Assembly (NCBI GenBank): GCA_963676435.2 | Contig: CAXXOZ010000007.1 | Coordinates: 4,359-68,358 of the forward strand | DNA: 64,000 nt | Direction of reading: 5' to 3' | Source of the DNA: an uncultured Parasporobacterium sp. | GTDB taxonomy: Bacteria > Bacillota > Clostridia > Lachnospirales > Lachnospiraceae | The notes under the pieces: generated by a model | Told to the model about the DNA's origin: nothing | Databases searched by the model: none | Seen by the model: the letters and a program-made list of their open reading frames with translations, nothing else | Position numbers and translations under genes: made by a program | Shown here: positions 1-9,659 of the stretch, in pieces | Position numbering within the stretch: position 1 is the stretch's first letter | How the letters are laid out: every line of letters begins with the position of its first letter

Positions 1-1447
1 GATATAGGAGCACTATTTGCTATTTTATTGTTGCTTACTTTATATTTCCTTGCATCTGCCTATATCCAAAAAAGTTATTTTAATAAAAACCTTTTAATAA
101 TAGAAGAAAATAATAATAGAGAACTTGAGGAAAAGGTAAAAGAAAGAACAAAAGAGCTCAATCATTTATTAAATATAAACTCATCAACGGGAATTTATAA
201 TGGTAGATACTTTTTAGAAGCAACAGAATCAAAAATTAATAATATGGATTCTGAAGAAAAAATGTTATTATTATATATTGATATAGACAGATTTAGAATC
301 GTTAAAATGCTATATGGAAATAATGTGGCAGATAAACTTTTATGGACTATATCAGAAAGACTTTTTGAAATGAAAAAGTCGTATACCTGAATCCTTATTA
401 GCTTCGTATGGAGATGATATATTTTTACTTTCTGTTGTTGGAATTGTAGACTATGAGTATGGTGAGAAATTATCAGCACAGATTATTCAAAAATGTAATG
501 ATTTGTACCAAATAGATTTATATAATATAAAGGTTAGCATAAATATTGGAATATCGATAATGCCGGAAGATTCAAAAAACAAAGAGGAATTAATAATGAA
601 TTCGCACCTTGCAATGGCAAATTCAAGAGCTCACAGTGATACTGGTTTTATGGTTTTTGATGAAGAAATGGGAAGGAAATCTTATCAAAAAAATAGAATA
701 GGATTAAAGCTTAAGAAACTAAAATTTGATGAAGAATTATATTTGAATTTTCAATCACAATACTCATTTGACGTAAATTCTATAGAAGCATTTGAAGTAT
801 TGCTTAGGTGGAAAACTCCTACAGGTGAAGTTATACCTCCAGGAGAGTTATTATTCCAATTGCTGAAGAAACAGGCTCGATTATTAGCATTGGAGACTGG
901 GTGATAAGTGAATCTCTAGAAGCGATAAAAATTATCCAGGCAATTATGGGGAAAAGAATTAGGCTTGCAATAAATATTTCCTCAAGACAGATTGCTTCAA
1001 AAAATTTTATAGGAAAGCTAGAAAATGCAATACAAAAAAGTCAAGTTGATCCAAGAGATATAGAATTTGAAATAACTGAAAGCTATCAGTTGGAAAGTAG
1101 CCCTGAAACAATTGAAATTATCCAAAAAATTAGAAAATTAGGTATTTCAATTGCAGTAGATGATTATGGAACAGGTTATTCTTCTTTATATTATCTTAAG
1201 AAACTTACCTGTTGATCGAATAAAAATATCTAAATCCCTTATTGATAAAATACATAATGAAGAATTTGAATATGCAATAGTTAAATCGGTTATAGAAATG
1301 AGTAAAATAAAAGGACTAAAGGTTATTGCTGAAGGCGTTGAAGAAAAAGAACAGTTTGAATGTCTTAAAGATATGGGGTGTAATGAGATACAAGGCTACT
1401 ATTTCAGTAGGCCTGTAAATATTGAGGACATAAAAAAGGAGAATTGA
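1..1447 (+). pseudogene. GGDEF-EAL (diguanylate cyclase/phosphodiesterase-type) gene, 5' end outside window, broken by at least 3 frameshifts
   Basis: Four consecutive ORF pieces (1-390, 503-904, 901-1215, 1160-1447) read through as one GGDEF+EAL protein. Motifs seen: YIDIDRFRIV, degenerate GGDEF as SYGDDIF, EVLLRW, IPIAEETGSII, DDYGTGYSSL, KISKSLI, QGYYFSRP. Frame changes at about 373-377 (A5 run), 848-849 (T run) and about 1207. Confidence 0.8.
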
Positions 1448-1448
1448 T

Positions 1449-1674
1449 ATGTGTGAAGAAAGATTTAAAAGGTATATAGGAAAAGACATAGTGGTAAGAT
1501 TTTATCCAGATAGATGCACTGGAAGCGGACAGTGTACAAACTAATTTATCAAAAGTTTTTGATACAAAATGCAAGCCTTGGGTAAATGTAGATGGAGCAG
1601 ATGCTGCAGAAATAAAAAAAATAATTGACTGCTGTCCTAGTGGCGCATTACAATATGAAAAAGATGATAAATAA
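1449..1674 (+). pseudogene. Small divergent 4Fe-4S mono-cluster type protein, frameshifted
   Basis: ATG 1449 gives MCEERFKRYIGKDIVVRFYPDRCTGSGQCTN then stop at 1542. The +1 frame continues as LSKVFDTKCKPWVNVDGADAAEIKKIIDCCPSGALQYEKDDK, ending at 1674. The C..G.C...VF...PW...CPSGAL pattern resembles the divergent 4Fe-4S mono-cluster family; the family name is from memory. Confidence 0.5.
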
Positions 1675-1685
1675 GGAGGAGTTAT

Positions 1686-2123
1686 ATGTATAAGAAAATT
1701 TTATTACCAGTTGATGGAACAAAATACTCACAGGATGCATTGGCTCAAGCAAAAGATTTAGCTGTATGTTGTGGGAGCGAAATTATACTAATACACATTA
1801 TGGAAAATACACCTGAGGATTATCCATCAAACCCTTATAAGTTTTCAAGAGAATTAAATGACAAGTTAAGGAACGAACATAGGTTGATTTCGGACAAAAT
1901 AATTGAAAATTCTAAAAAGGAACTTGAAGATCTAAATACACCAGTTAGTGCAGTTCAAAAAGAAGGTTTGCCTTATATAGAAATAGTTAATTACGCAGAG
2001 GAAATAGATGCAGAATTAATTATAATAGGTTCAAGTGGTACAAGTGGAGTCCTTGGTATGATGGGAAGTGTAGCTAGAAAAGTAGCTATAAACTCAAAAA
2101 AATCAGTTTTAGTAGTAAAATAG
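1686..2123 (+). CDS. Universal stress protein (UspA family)
   Basis: 145 aa with KKILLPVDGT N-terminus and C-terminal IIIGSSGTSGVLGMMGSVARKV ATP-binding-type motif. AGGAGG RBS lies upstream. Confidence 0.85.
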   Translation: MYKKILLPVDGTKYSQDALAQAKDLAVCCGSEIILIHIMENTPEDYPSNPYKFSRELNDKLRNEHRLISDKIIENSKKELEDLNTPVSAVQKEGLPYIEIVNYAEEIDAELIIIGSSGTSGVLGMMGSVARKVAINSKKSVLVVK

Positions 2124-2138
2124 TTAATATTCAATTTG

Positions 2139-2162
2139 AAAAGAGTCTTTTGACTCTTTTTT
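2139..2162 (+). terminator. Rho-independent terminator after the usp gene
   Basis: AAAAGAGTC-tttt-GACTCTTTT stem-loop followed by a T run. Confidence 0.7.
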
Positions 2163-2288
2163 ACATTTTAGGAATTTTCTTCGAAACTCCCTAAAATGTA
2201 AAACTCGCCGAGGGAGCGCAGAGTCGCAGATAAGGAAATAATTGCTTTGGGGAAGCGACTCGCGAAAGAGTTCGTTTACGAACTCTTT
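2159..2288 (+). repeat. Structured GC-rich intergenic repeat, copy A (possible ncRNA or REP/MITE-like element)
   Basis: Three parts: a 14-bp perfect AT stem (TTTTACATTTTAGG/CCTAAAATGTAAAA) with a 17-nt loop containing TTCGAA; a GC-rich core (cgcagagtcgcagataaggaaataattgct...); and a terminal hairpin AAAGAGTTCG-ttta-CGAACTCTTT. About 70% identical to copy B at 20103-20238. Confidence 0.6.
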
Positions 2289-2370
2289 ATTATATCATTT
2301 ACTTTTGTAGACAAAAGATTTAATTATTGATAAAATGAGAATGTTATTGTGAAAATAGGAGGAATAGTGA

Positions 2371-3977
2371 ATGAAACTGACTTTTATAGGTGCGGCACAT
2401 GAAGTGACAGGTAGTTGTCATGTTTTGCAGGCTTGCGGTAAAAACATTCTTGTTGATTGTGGAATGGAGCAAGGTTTAAATATTTATGAAAATGAAGATC
2501 TCCCGTTTAATTATTCGGATGTTGATTATGTATTTTTAACACATGCACATATAGATCATTCAGGTTACTTACCTTTAATATATGCTAGGGGATTTAAAGG
2601 TAGAGTTTTTGCGACAAAAGCTACTACAGATTTGAGCAAAATAATGTTGAAAGATAGTGCTCACATACAGGAATTTGAGGCTGCATGGAGAACCAGAAAG
2701 GCAAAAAGAGCTGGTAAACCAGAAGTTTTACCATTATATGAAATGAAAGATGCCGAAGGGGTTTTGGAAAAGTTTCGACCATGTGAATATGATGAAAAAA
2801 TTAAAGTTTCTGAAGGTTTAAATATTAGATTTACAGATGCAGGTCATCTTTTAGGCTCTGCATGTGTGGAAGTATGGATGGAAGAAGACTCAGTAAGAAA
2901 AAAAATAGTCTTTTCTGGGGATATAGGTAACACAGATAAGCCAATTATAAGAAACCCAAGTTCAATTAATGGAGCAGATTATGTGGTCATGGAATCAACT
3001 TATGGTGACAGACTCCATGCTGAAAAAAAAGATCAAATCAAACAAATAGCAGGAATAATACAAAAAACATTAGATAGAGGAGGAAACCTAGTTATTCCAG
3101 CCTTTGCAGTAGGTCGTACTCAGGAAATGTTGTACTTCATAAGAAAAATAAAGGCTGAGAATATGGTTAAAGGCCATGACGGATTTGAAGTGTATGTTGA
3201 TAGTCCTCTTGCAATAGAAGCGACAAGTGTTTTTACAAAAAACCTACTTGACTGTTTTGATGAAGAAACAAAAGAGTTATTAGAAAAGGGTATAAATCCA
3301 ATATCATTTCCAGGTTTAAAGCTATCTGTAACAAGTGATGAATCAAAACAGATAAATATGGATTCAAAGTCTAAAATAATTATATCTGCGTCAGGTATGT
3401 GTGATGCAGGAAGGGTAAGACATCATTTAAAGCATAACCTTTGGAGAAGCGAAAGTACTATAATGTTCGCAGGATACCAGGCGAATGGTACTTTAGGAAG
3501 AAGTATTGTGGATGGAACCCCAAAAGTAAAACTATTTGGTGAAGAAGTTAATGTTAAATCAGACATAGAAGTTGTGGACGGAATCAGTTCCATGCGGACA
3601 TGCACGGCTTATTCAACTGGATTGAAAATTTCGGTAAAAAGCCCGAAGAAGTATTTGTAGTGCATGGTCAGGATACGGTATGTGATACTTTTGCACAAAA
3701 CTTAGAGGATAAATTTGAGCTTAAAGCTTGGGCACCATTTAGCGGATCATCATACGACTTGGCAAAAGGAAATTGGATTACAGAAAAATCAGGAAATTAT
3801 ATAAGTCCAGAGAAAGAAAAGTTAAGAAAAGCTACTGGATCTTACTTGAAACTAAACAACTCTGTAGAAAAATTACTTGAACTTATAAAAAGAAATAATA
3901 AGCTGTCTAAAAAAGAAGCTGAAGAAATCGCTAAACAGATAGACATAATAGCTAAGCGTTTAGAAATAGAAAAATGA
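2371..3977 (+). pseudogene. MBL-fold beta-CASP RNA-metabolising hydrolase (RNase J/CPSF-like), single frameshift at 3590-3591
   Basis: HAHIDHSG metallo-beta-lactamase motif, beta-CASP region, ESTYGD. The expected SxHAD motif is split: DGISS then a frame change then ADMHGLFNWIENFGKKPEEVFVVHGQ. Adding one C to the CC run would restore the frame. Could equally be an assembly error. Confidence 0.75.
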
Positions 3978-4555
3978 AAATAATACATTCTAATAGAAAA
4001 ACAATTGCAATCATAATTGATAGAAAAGGTGAAGTGATTGTAAGAGCACCAAAATATGTGACAAAAAAAAGAATAATGGAGTTTGTGGAACAAAAGCAAG
4101 ACTGGATAAATAAAAAGTGCTCCCAAATCAATGATACAGGTGAACTTTCACTTAGGGAGGGAGCACGGTTGATGTTCCCGGAAACACCAAAATCAAAAGA
4201 AAAACTTTTGATATGGGCAAAAAAAGAAGCAAAGAAAGTCCTAACCCAAAGAGTTGAACATTATGTAAATAATGTAGTTATTCTCCCAAAAGGTATGACA
4301 TACTCAGCCGTAAAGGTGACCAGTGCAAAAACAAGATGGGGCTCATGCAGTGGAAAAAACAGTTTGAATTTTACGTGGAAGCTATCCTTAGCTCCAATGT
4401 ATGTAATAGACTATGTTGTAGTTCATGAGCTTTGCCATATTGTTCATAAAAACCATGGACAAAATTTTTGGAGAATGGTAAATGAAATTCTTCCAGATTA
4501 TAAAAAAGCGAAAGATTGGTTACAACAAAACAGAAGGTTACTTGAATTCTTTTAA
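3974..4555 (+). CDS. DUF45/YgjP-like zinc metallopeptidase-fold protein
   Basis: HELCHIVHKNHGQNFW (HExxH) near the C-terminus, 193 aa. Start overlaps the upstream stop as ATGA. Confidence 0.8.
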   Translation: MKIIHSNRKTIAIIIDRKGEVIVRAPKYVTKKRIMEFVEQKQDWINKKCSQINDTGELSLREGARLMFPETPKSKEKLLIWAKKEAKKVLTQRVEHYVNNVVILPKGMTYSAVKVTSAKTRWGSCSGKNSLNFTWKLSLAPMYVIDYVVVHELCHIVHKNHGQNFWRMVNEILPDYKKAKDWLQQNRRLLEFF

Positions 4556-4990
4556 TGTACTCAAATAGCTATTGTGGTGCTCTTTAGAAAAGGTTACATC
4601 TTCATCGAACCATTCTGGAGGGATAAACGCAATAGCTTCTTCTTTTGTGTTGAACTCAACCTCTGCAATTATTAGCCCATCAAATTTCCCCATAAAGATA
4701 TCAAGTTCAATAGTATAAATTTCACAAGGAATCAAATACCTTTTTTTGGAGATAAGGTTTCCATCAACTTTTGTTTTTAAGTGAACATAACTTTCCATAT
4801 TTAAAGGCAGGTTATATTCTTCTCTTTCCATTTTTCCTTTTGACTTGTAGGTTAAATAATAGTTATCATTTTCTTTTCTGATTCTAACAACTGGATTTAC
4901 ACATAGGTAACCTTGTTCTATTTCCAAACACTCAAAATCATTTAGGTTATAAGGAATTTCCTTAACAGTAAATTTTCTTTCGATTTCCAT
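4538..4990 (-). CDS. CYTH domain protein (CyaB/triphosphatase-like)
   Basis: N-terminal MEIERKF (ExExK signature), 150 aa. Convergent with, and overlapping by 18 nt, the DUF45 gene. Confidence 0.8.
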   Translation of the reverse strand: MEIERKFTVKEIPYNLNDFECLEIEQGYLCVNPVVRIRKENDNYYLTYKSKGKMEREEYNLPLNMESYVHLKTKVDGNLISKKRYLIPCEIYTIELDIFMGKFDGLIIAEVEFNTKEEAIAFIPPEWFDEDVTFSKEHHNSYLSTLKEFK

Positions 4991-5110
4991 TGTTAATACC
5001 TCCTAATGCTGATTATATCAGATATTGGTCATAAAAACTTAATAATATAGTACTAGAAATACATTTAAGAATAGTTTATAATTTAAGAATATTACTGTAG
5101 GAGGTATAAA

Positions 5111-5659
5111 ATGAGTAATATATATGCTTTCTTAGCAGAAGGATTTGAAGAAACAGAAGCAATTGCTGTTATTGATGTCCTTTTAAGAGCCGAAATTGAA
5201 ACAAAAATTGTTTCAACTACTAAAGATAAGTGTGTAAAGGGAGCCCATGGAATAACAATTTGCGGGGATATTCTTTTTGAAGAGGGGGATTATTCAGATG
5301 CAGAAATCTTGTTTTTACCAGGTGGAATGCCAGGGAAAATAAATCTACAAAAATTTCAGCCCCTTAGAGAACTTTTAAAGAAGCAAAATGAATGCAATAA
5401 AAAAATTGCTGCTATTTGTGCAGCACCAGGAATTTTAGGGGATTTAGGAATCTTGGAAGGAAAAAAAGCAACATGTTTTCCAGGATTTGAAAAAGAATTA
5501 ATAGGTGCAACATTTTTGGAAGAAAAAGTTGTAAAATCCGAAAATATAATAACGAGCAGAGGAATGGGTACTGCTATTGATATGGGACTTGAATTAGTGA
5601 GAATTTTAAAAGGTGATAAATGTTCTTCAGACCTTGCAGCAAAGATACAATACTATTAG
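5111..5659 (+). CDS. DJ-1/PfpI family protein
   Basis: 182 aa, AICAAPGILG nucleophile-elbow Cys motif, EGFEETEA N-terminus. Confidence 0.85.
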   Translation: MSNIYAFLAEGFEETEAIAVIDVLLRAEIETKIVSTTKDKCVKGAHGITICGDILFEEGDYSDAEILFLPGGMPGKINLQKFQPLRELLKKQNECNKKIAAICAAPGILGDLGILEGKKATCFPGFEKELIGATFLEEKVVKSENIITSRGMGTAIDMGLELVRILKGDKCSSDLAAKIQYY

Positions 5660-5678
5660 TATAAAGGGAGAGTTATTT

Positions 5679-6359
5679 ATGAAGAATAGGAAAATATTTA
5701 TTATATGCCTGATTTTTGGATTGATAATTGTTTTTACAGGTTGCAAAGAAAAAATTGAATATGGCTCCTTAGAAGGTAAAGCCACTGGGACTATTGATTT
5801 TTCCGAGGAAGTTCCAGAAGTTGAGCTTGATAATATTAAAGCTGAAATAGGAGAAGAAATTGACTATACTTCAGAAATTGAAGTTATTGGTTCAGATGAC
5901 TTAAGTAATTATCAAATAAGCGTTAATACAACAGGTGTAAACACTGAAGAAGAAGGCACTTATACTGCTACATATACAATTACATATGATGATCAAACAT
6001 ATACAAAACAGATAAAGGTCTCAATAGAAGGCGATTCTGAAAAAAGCAATGAAACAACCACCCAAGCTCAAACGACTAAACAAGTTCAGGAAACAACAAA
6101 AAGTTCTAAAGAAACAAATGCTCAAACGAGCACTGTAACTACAACCAAATCGTCAGGTGTGCCAGTGGCGGAAATAGAGCTTTTATCTGGGGAAATCGTT
6201 TCAATTAATTGTACAGTAGATAAATATATTATTTCTACAAGAACAGATATAAGTACAATTACTAGAGATGGAGTAACTTATCAAGTTGAAAAATTGATAA
6301 TAACTTACAATACAGGAGCAGAACAAGTTTTAGAGACGGTTGAGAAAAAAATTAGCTAA
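5679..6359 (+). CDS. Lipoprotein with Ig-like domain and T/Q/S-rich linker
   Basis: In-frame ATG at 5679 gives MKNRKIFIICLIFGLIIVFTGC (signal peptide plus lipobox). GGGAG RBS upstream. Confidence 0.7.
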   Translation: MKNRKIFIICLIFGLIIVFTGCKEKIEYGSLEGKATGTIDFSEEVPEVELDNIKAEIGEEIDYTSEIEVIGSDDLSNYQISVNTTGVNTEEEGTYTATYTITYDDQTYTKQIKVSIEGDSEKSNETTTQAQTTKQVQETTKSSKETNAQTSTVTTTKSSGVPVAEIELLSGEIVSINCTVDKYIISTRTDISTITRDGVTYQVEKLIITYNTGAEQVLETVEKKIS

Positions 6360-6387
6360 TGACAATAATAAAATCTCGTGCTATAAT
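6359..6387 (+). promoter_or_regulatory. Sigma-A type promoter upstream of tig
   Basis: ATGACA, 17-bp spacer, TATAAT, with TG at the extended -10 position. Confidence 0.5.
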
Positions 6388-6425
6388 GTTACGATGTACA
6401 ATTTTGATACAGGAGGATGCAAATA

Positions 6426-7706
6426 ATGAGTTTACAGATTGAAAAACTTGAAAAAAATATGGCAAAACTTACTATAGAAGTAGATGTCGAAGAGGTGGAA
6501 AAAGCTATTGAGGCTGCATACCACAAAATGAAAGGGAAAATTTCTATTGCTGGTTTCAGACAAGGAAAAGTTCCAAGAAAAATGATTGAAAAAACATATG
6601 GAACAGATGTGTTTTATGAAGAAGCAGTAAACATTATGATTCCAGATGCATATGAAAAAGAATTATCAGAAAGTGATTTACCAGTAGTATCACAGCCAGA
6701 AATAAATGTTGAGCAGATTGAAGCGGGAAAACCATTTATTTTTACAGCCATGGTAGCTTTAAAACCAGAAATAGAACTAGGAAAATATAAAGGAATTAAA
6801 ACAGACAAAATAGACACAACTGTATCAGATGAAGAAATAGATGCTGAACTAGAGAAAATCAGAGAACAAAACTCAAGATTAGTACCTGTTGAAGACAGAG
6901 CAGTAGAAAATGATGATACTGTATTAATCGATTTTGAAGGATTTGTTGATGGAGTTGCTTTTGAAGGTGGAAAAGCAGAAGACCATTCACTTGTAATCGG
7001 ATCTCATTCATTTATAGATACTTTTGAAGATCAAATTATTGGACAAAAAACTGGTGACGAACTTGAAGTGAATGTTACTTTCCCAGAAGAATATCACGCT
7101 GAAGAGTTAAAAGGTAAGCCAGCTATGTTCAAGGTTAAAGTAAAAGAAATTAAAACAAAAGAAATGCCTGAATTAGATGACGAATTTGCTGGAGAGGTTT
7201 CAGAGTTTGAAACTTTAAGTGAATATAAAGAAGATATTAAAGCTAAAATGGTTTCTAAAAAAGAAGCAGATGCAAAAGCTAAAAAAGAAGATCAAATTAT
7301 AGAGCAGATAATAAATGATTCTAAAATGGATATTCCGAAACCTATGATAGATACTCAGGCTAGTCAGCTTGCAAATGATTTTGCAAACCGTCTTGCAGGT
7401 CAAGGTATTCCAGTTGAGCAGTATTTCCAATTTACAGGAATGACTCAGGAAACATTAATGGCTCAGATGGAAGAACAGGCTACAAAAAGAATTCAAAGCA
7501 GACTTGTTTTAGAAGCAATTGCAAAAGCAGAATCAGTGGAAGTTAGCGATGAAGAAGTAAATGCAGAATTCGAAAAAATGGCTCAGGCATACCAGATGGA
7601 ATTTGAAAAGCTTAAAGAAATGATTTCAGATGTTGAAAAAGATAACATGAAAGAAGATCTTTCTGTACAAAAAGCAGCTGAATTAGTTGTAGAATTAAGC
7701 AAATAA
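6426..7706 (+). CDS. tig: Trigger factor
   Basis: MSLQIEKLEKNMAKLTIEV start 8 nt after AGGAGG, GFRQGKVP ribosome-binding motif, FKBP-type middle domain. Gene order tig-clpP-clpX-lon. Confidence 0.95.
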   Translation: MSLQIEKLEKNMAKLTIEVDVEEVEKAIEAAYHKMKGKISIAGFRQGKVPRKMIEKTYGTDVFYEEAVNIMIPDAYEKELSESDLPVVSQPEINVEQIEAGKPFIFTAMVALKPEIELGKYKGIKTDKIDTTVSDEEIDAELEKIREQNSRLVPVEDRAVENDDTVLIDFEGFVDGVAFEGGKAEDHSLVIGSHSFIDTFEDQIIGQKTGDELEVNVTFPEEYHAEELKGKPAMFKVKVKEIKTKEMPELDDEFAGEVSEFETLSEYKEDIKAKMVSKKEADAKAKKEDQIIEQIINDSKMDIPKPMIDTQASQLANDFANRLAGQGIPVEQYFQFTGMTQETLMAQMEEQATKRIQSRLVLEAIAKAESVEVSDEEVNAEFEKMAQAYQMEFEKLKEMISDVEKDNMKEDLSVQKAAELVVELSK

Positions 7707-7729
7707 TTAGTGAAAAGAGGTAGTTAATT

Positions 7730-8323
7730 ATGAGTTTAGTGCCTTATGTTATAGAACAAACAAGTAGAGGTGAACGCTCCTATGATATTTATTCTCGTCT
7801 TTTAAAAGAAAGAATTATATTTTTAGGAGAAGAAGTTAATGAAGTAACAGCAAGCCTTGTTGTTGCCCAGTTATTGTTTTTAGAATCAGAAGACCCTGGA
7901 AAAGATATTCATATTTATATTAACAGTCCAGGAGGCTCTGTTACAGCAGGAATGGCTATATATGATACAATGCAGTATATAAAATGTGATGTTTCTACTA
8001 TATGTATAGGGATGGCAGCAAGTATGGGAGCATTTTTACTCTCAGGAGGAACAAAAGGAAAAAGATATGCTCTTCCAAATGCTGAAATTATGATACATCA
8101 GCCATTAGGTGGAGCACAGGGACAGGCATCAGATATAAAAATCGTTGCAGATCATATTTTAAAAACAAGATCAAAATTAAATACAATTTTAGCTGAAAAT
8201 ACAGGCAAACCTATAGAAATTATTGAAGTTGATACTGAGAGAGATAACTATATGTCGGCTAATGAAGCTAAAGAATATGGTATGATTGATAACGTTATTG
8301 AAAACAGAGAAGATGCTATGTAA
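7730..8323 (+). CDS. clpP: ATP-dependent Clp protease proteolytic subunit
   Basis: [30 protein letters not shown] (Ser), IMIHQPLGG (His). Confidence 0.97.
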   Translation: MSLVPYVIEQTSRGERSYDIYSRLLKERIIFLGEEVNEVTASLVVAQLLFLESEDPGKDIHIYINSPGGSVTAGMAIYDTMQYIKCDVSTICIGMAASMGAFLLSGGTKGKRYALPNAEIMIHQPLGGAQGQASDIKIVADHILKTRSKLNTILAENTGKPIEIIEVDTERDNYMSANEAKEYGMIDNVIENREDAM

Positions 8324-8350
8324 ATCTTGAAGGTTTAAAGGAGAAACTAA

Positions 8351-9652
8351 ATGGCAAATAAAACAGATGAAAGCAAAACATTAAGATGTTCATTTTGTGG
8401 TAAGACTCAGGATCAGGTTAGAAAATTAATAGCTGGACCTAATGGGGCTTTTATTTGCGACGAGTGCGTTGATATTTGCTCTGAAATAATTGACGAAGAG
8501 TTCGAAGATTTTGAAGAAGATTTTGAAGAAGGAATTAACCTTTTAAAACCTCAGGAAATTAAGAAGTTTTTAGATGAATATGTTATAGGACAAAGTGAAG
8601 CTAAGAAAGTTTTAGCCGTTTCAGTATATAACCACTATAAAAGAATAATGTCAGGTAAAAGCCTTGATGTAGAATTACAAAAAAGCAATATATTAATGCT
8701 AGGTCCTACTGGTTCAGGTAAAACATATTTAGCCCAAACATTGGCAAAATTATTAAATGTACCATTTGCTATTGCAGATGCGACAGCACTTACAGAAGCT
8801 GGATATGTTGGTGAAGATGTTGAAAATATATTATTAAAACTTATTCAAGCAGCAGACTACGATATATCTAAGGCAGAGTTTGGTATTATATATATTGATG
8901 AAATTGATAAAATAACCAAGAAATCTGAAAATGTTTCTATTACAAGAGATGTTTCAGGAGAAGGTGTGCAGCAGGCCTTACTTAAAATTCTTGAAGGAAC
9001 TCAAGCATCAGTACCACCTCAGGGAGGAAGAAAGCATCCGCATCAGGAGCTTCTACAAATTGATACAACAAATGTTTTATTTATATGTGGTGGTGCATTT
9101 GATGGGCTTGAAAAAATTATTGAAACTAGAATTGACAGAAAATCTATTGGTTTCAATGCTGAAATAGCAAATAAAAGTGAATCTGAAATTGATGAACTTT
9201 TCCATCAGGTAATGCCACAGGATCTTATAAAATTTGGTATTATTCCAGAGTTTATAGGTCGAGTTCCTGTAACAGTTGCATTAGATTCTTTGGATAGAGA
9301 AGCTCTAATAAAAATTTTAAGTGAACCAAAAAATGCTTTAATAAAACAATACAAAAAATTGTTCGAGCTTGATGATGTTGAGTTAGAGTTTACAAGAGAA
9401 GCAATTGAAGCAATTGCGGAGAAATCTTATGAGCGTAAAACAGGAGCCAGAGGATTAAGAGCGATAATGGAAAGCGTTATGATGGATATTATGTATATAA
9501 TACCTTCAGACACTTCAATAAGAAAATGTGTTATTACGAAGGAAGTTGTCGATGACAAGGCTGAACCAGAATTGATTTATGGTGAAGCTAAAGAAAACAA
9601 GAAGCAAAACGGAAAGAAAATATATAAAAAAAACAAAGATGAAATTGCATAG
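8351..9652 (+). CDS. clpX: ATP-dependent Clp protease ATP-binding subunit ClpX
   Basis: CSFCGK...CDEC zinc finger, GPTGSGKT Walker [10 protein letters not shown] Walker B, IPEFIGR. Confidence 0.97.
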   Translation: MANKTDESKTLRCSFCGKTQDQVRKLIAGPNGAFICDECVDICSEIIDEEFEDFEEDFEEGINLLKPQEIKKFLDEYVIGQSEAKKVLAVSVYNHYKRIMSGKSLDVELQKSNILMLGPTGSGKTYLAQTLAKLLNVPFAIADATALTEAGYVGEDVENILLKLIQAADYDISKAEFGIIYIDEIDKITKKSENVSITRDVSGEGVQQALLKILEGTQASVPPQGGRKHPHQELLQIDTTNVLFICGGAFDGLEKIIETRIDRKSIGFNAEIANKSESEIDELFHQVMPQDLIKFGIIPEFIGRVPVTVALDSLDREALIKILSEPKNALIKQYKKLFELDDVELEFTREAIEAIAEKSYERKTGARGLRAIMESVMMDIMYIIPSDTSIRKCVITKEVVDDKAEPELIYGEAKENKKQNGKKIYKKNKDEIA

Positions 9653-9659
9653 TAGGTAG

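Noticed and set aside
8931-9167. Alternative-frame + strand ORF inside clpX (78 aa).
   Set aside because: Same-strand overlap with a highly conserved gene, with no RBS and no recognisable motif.
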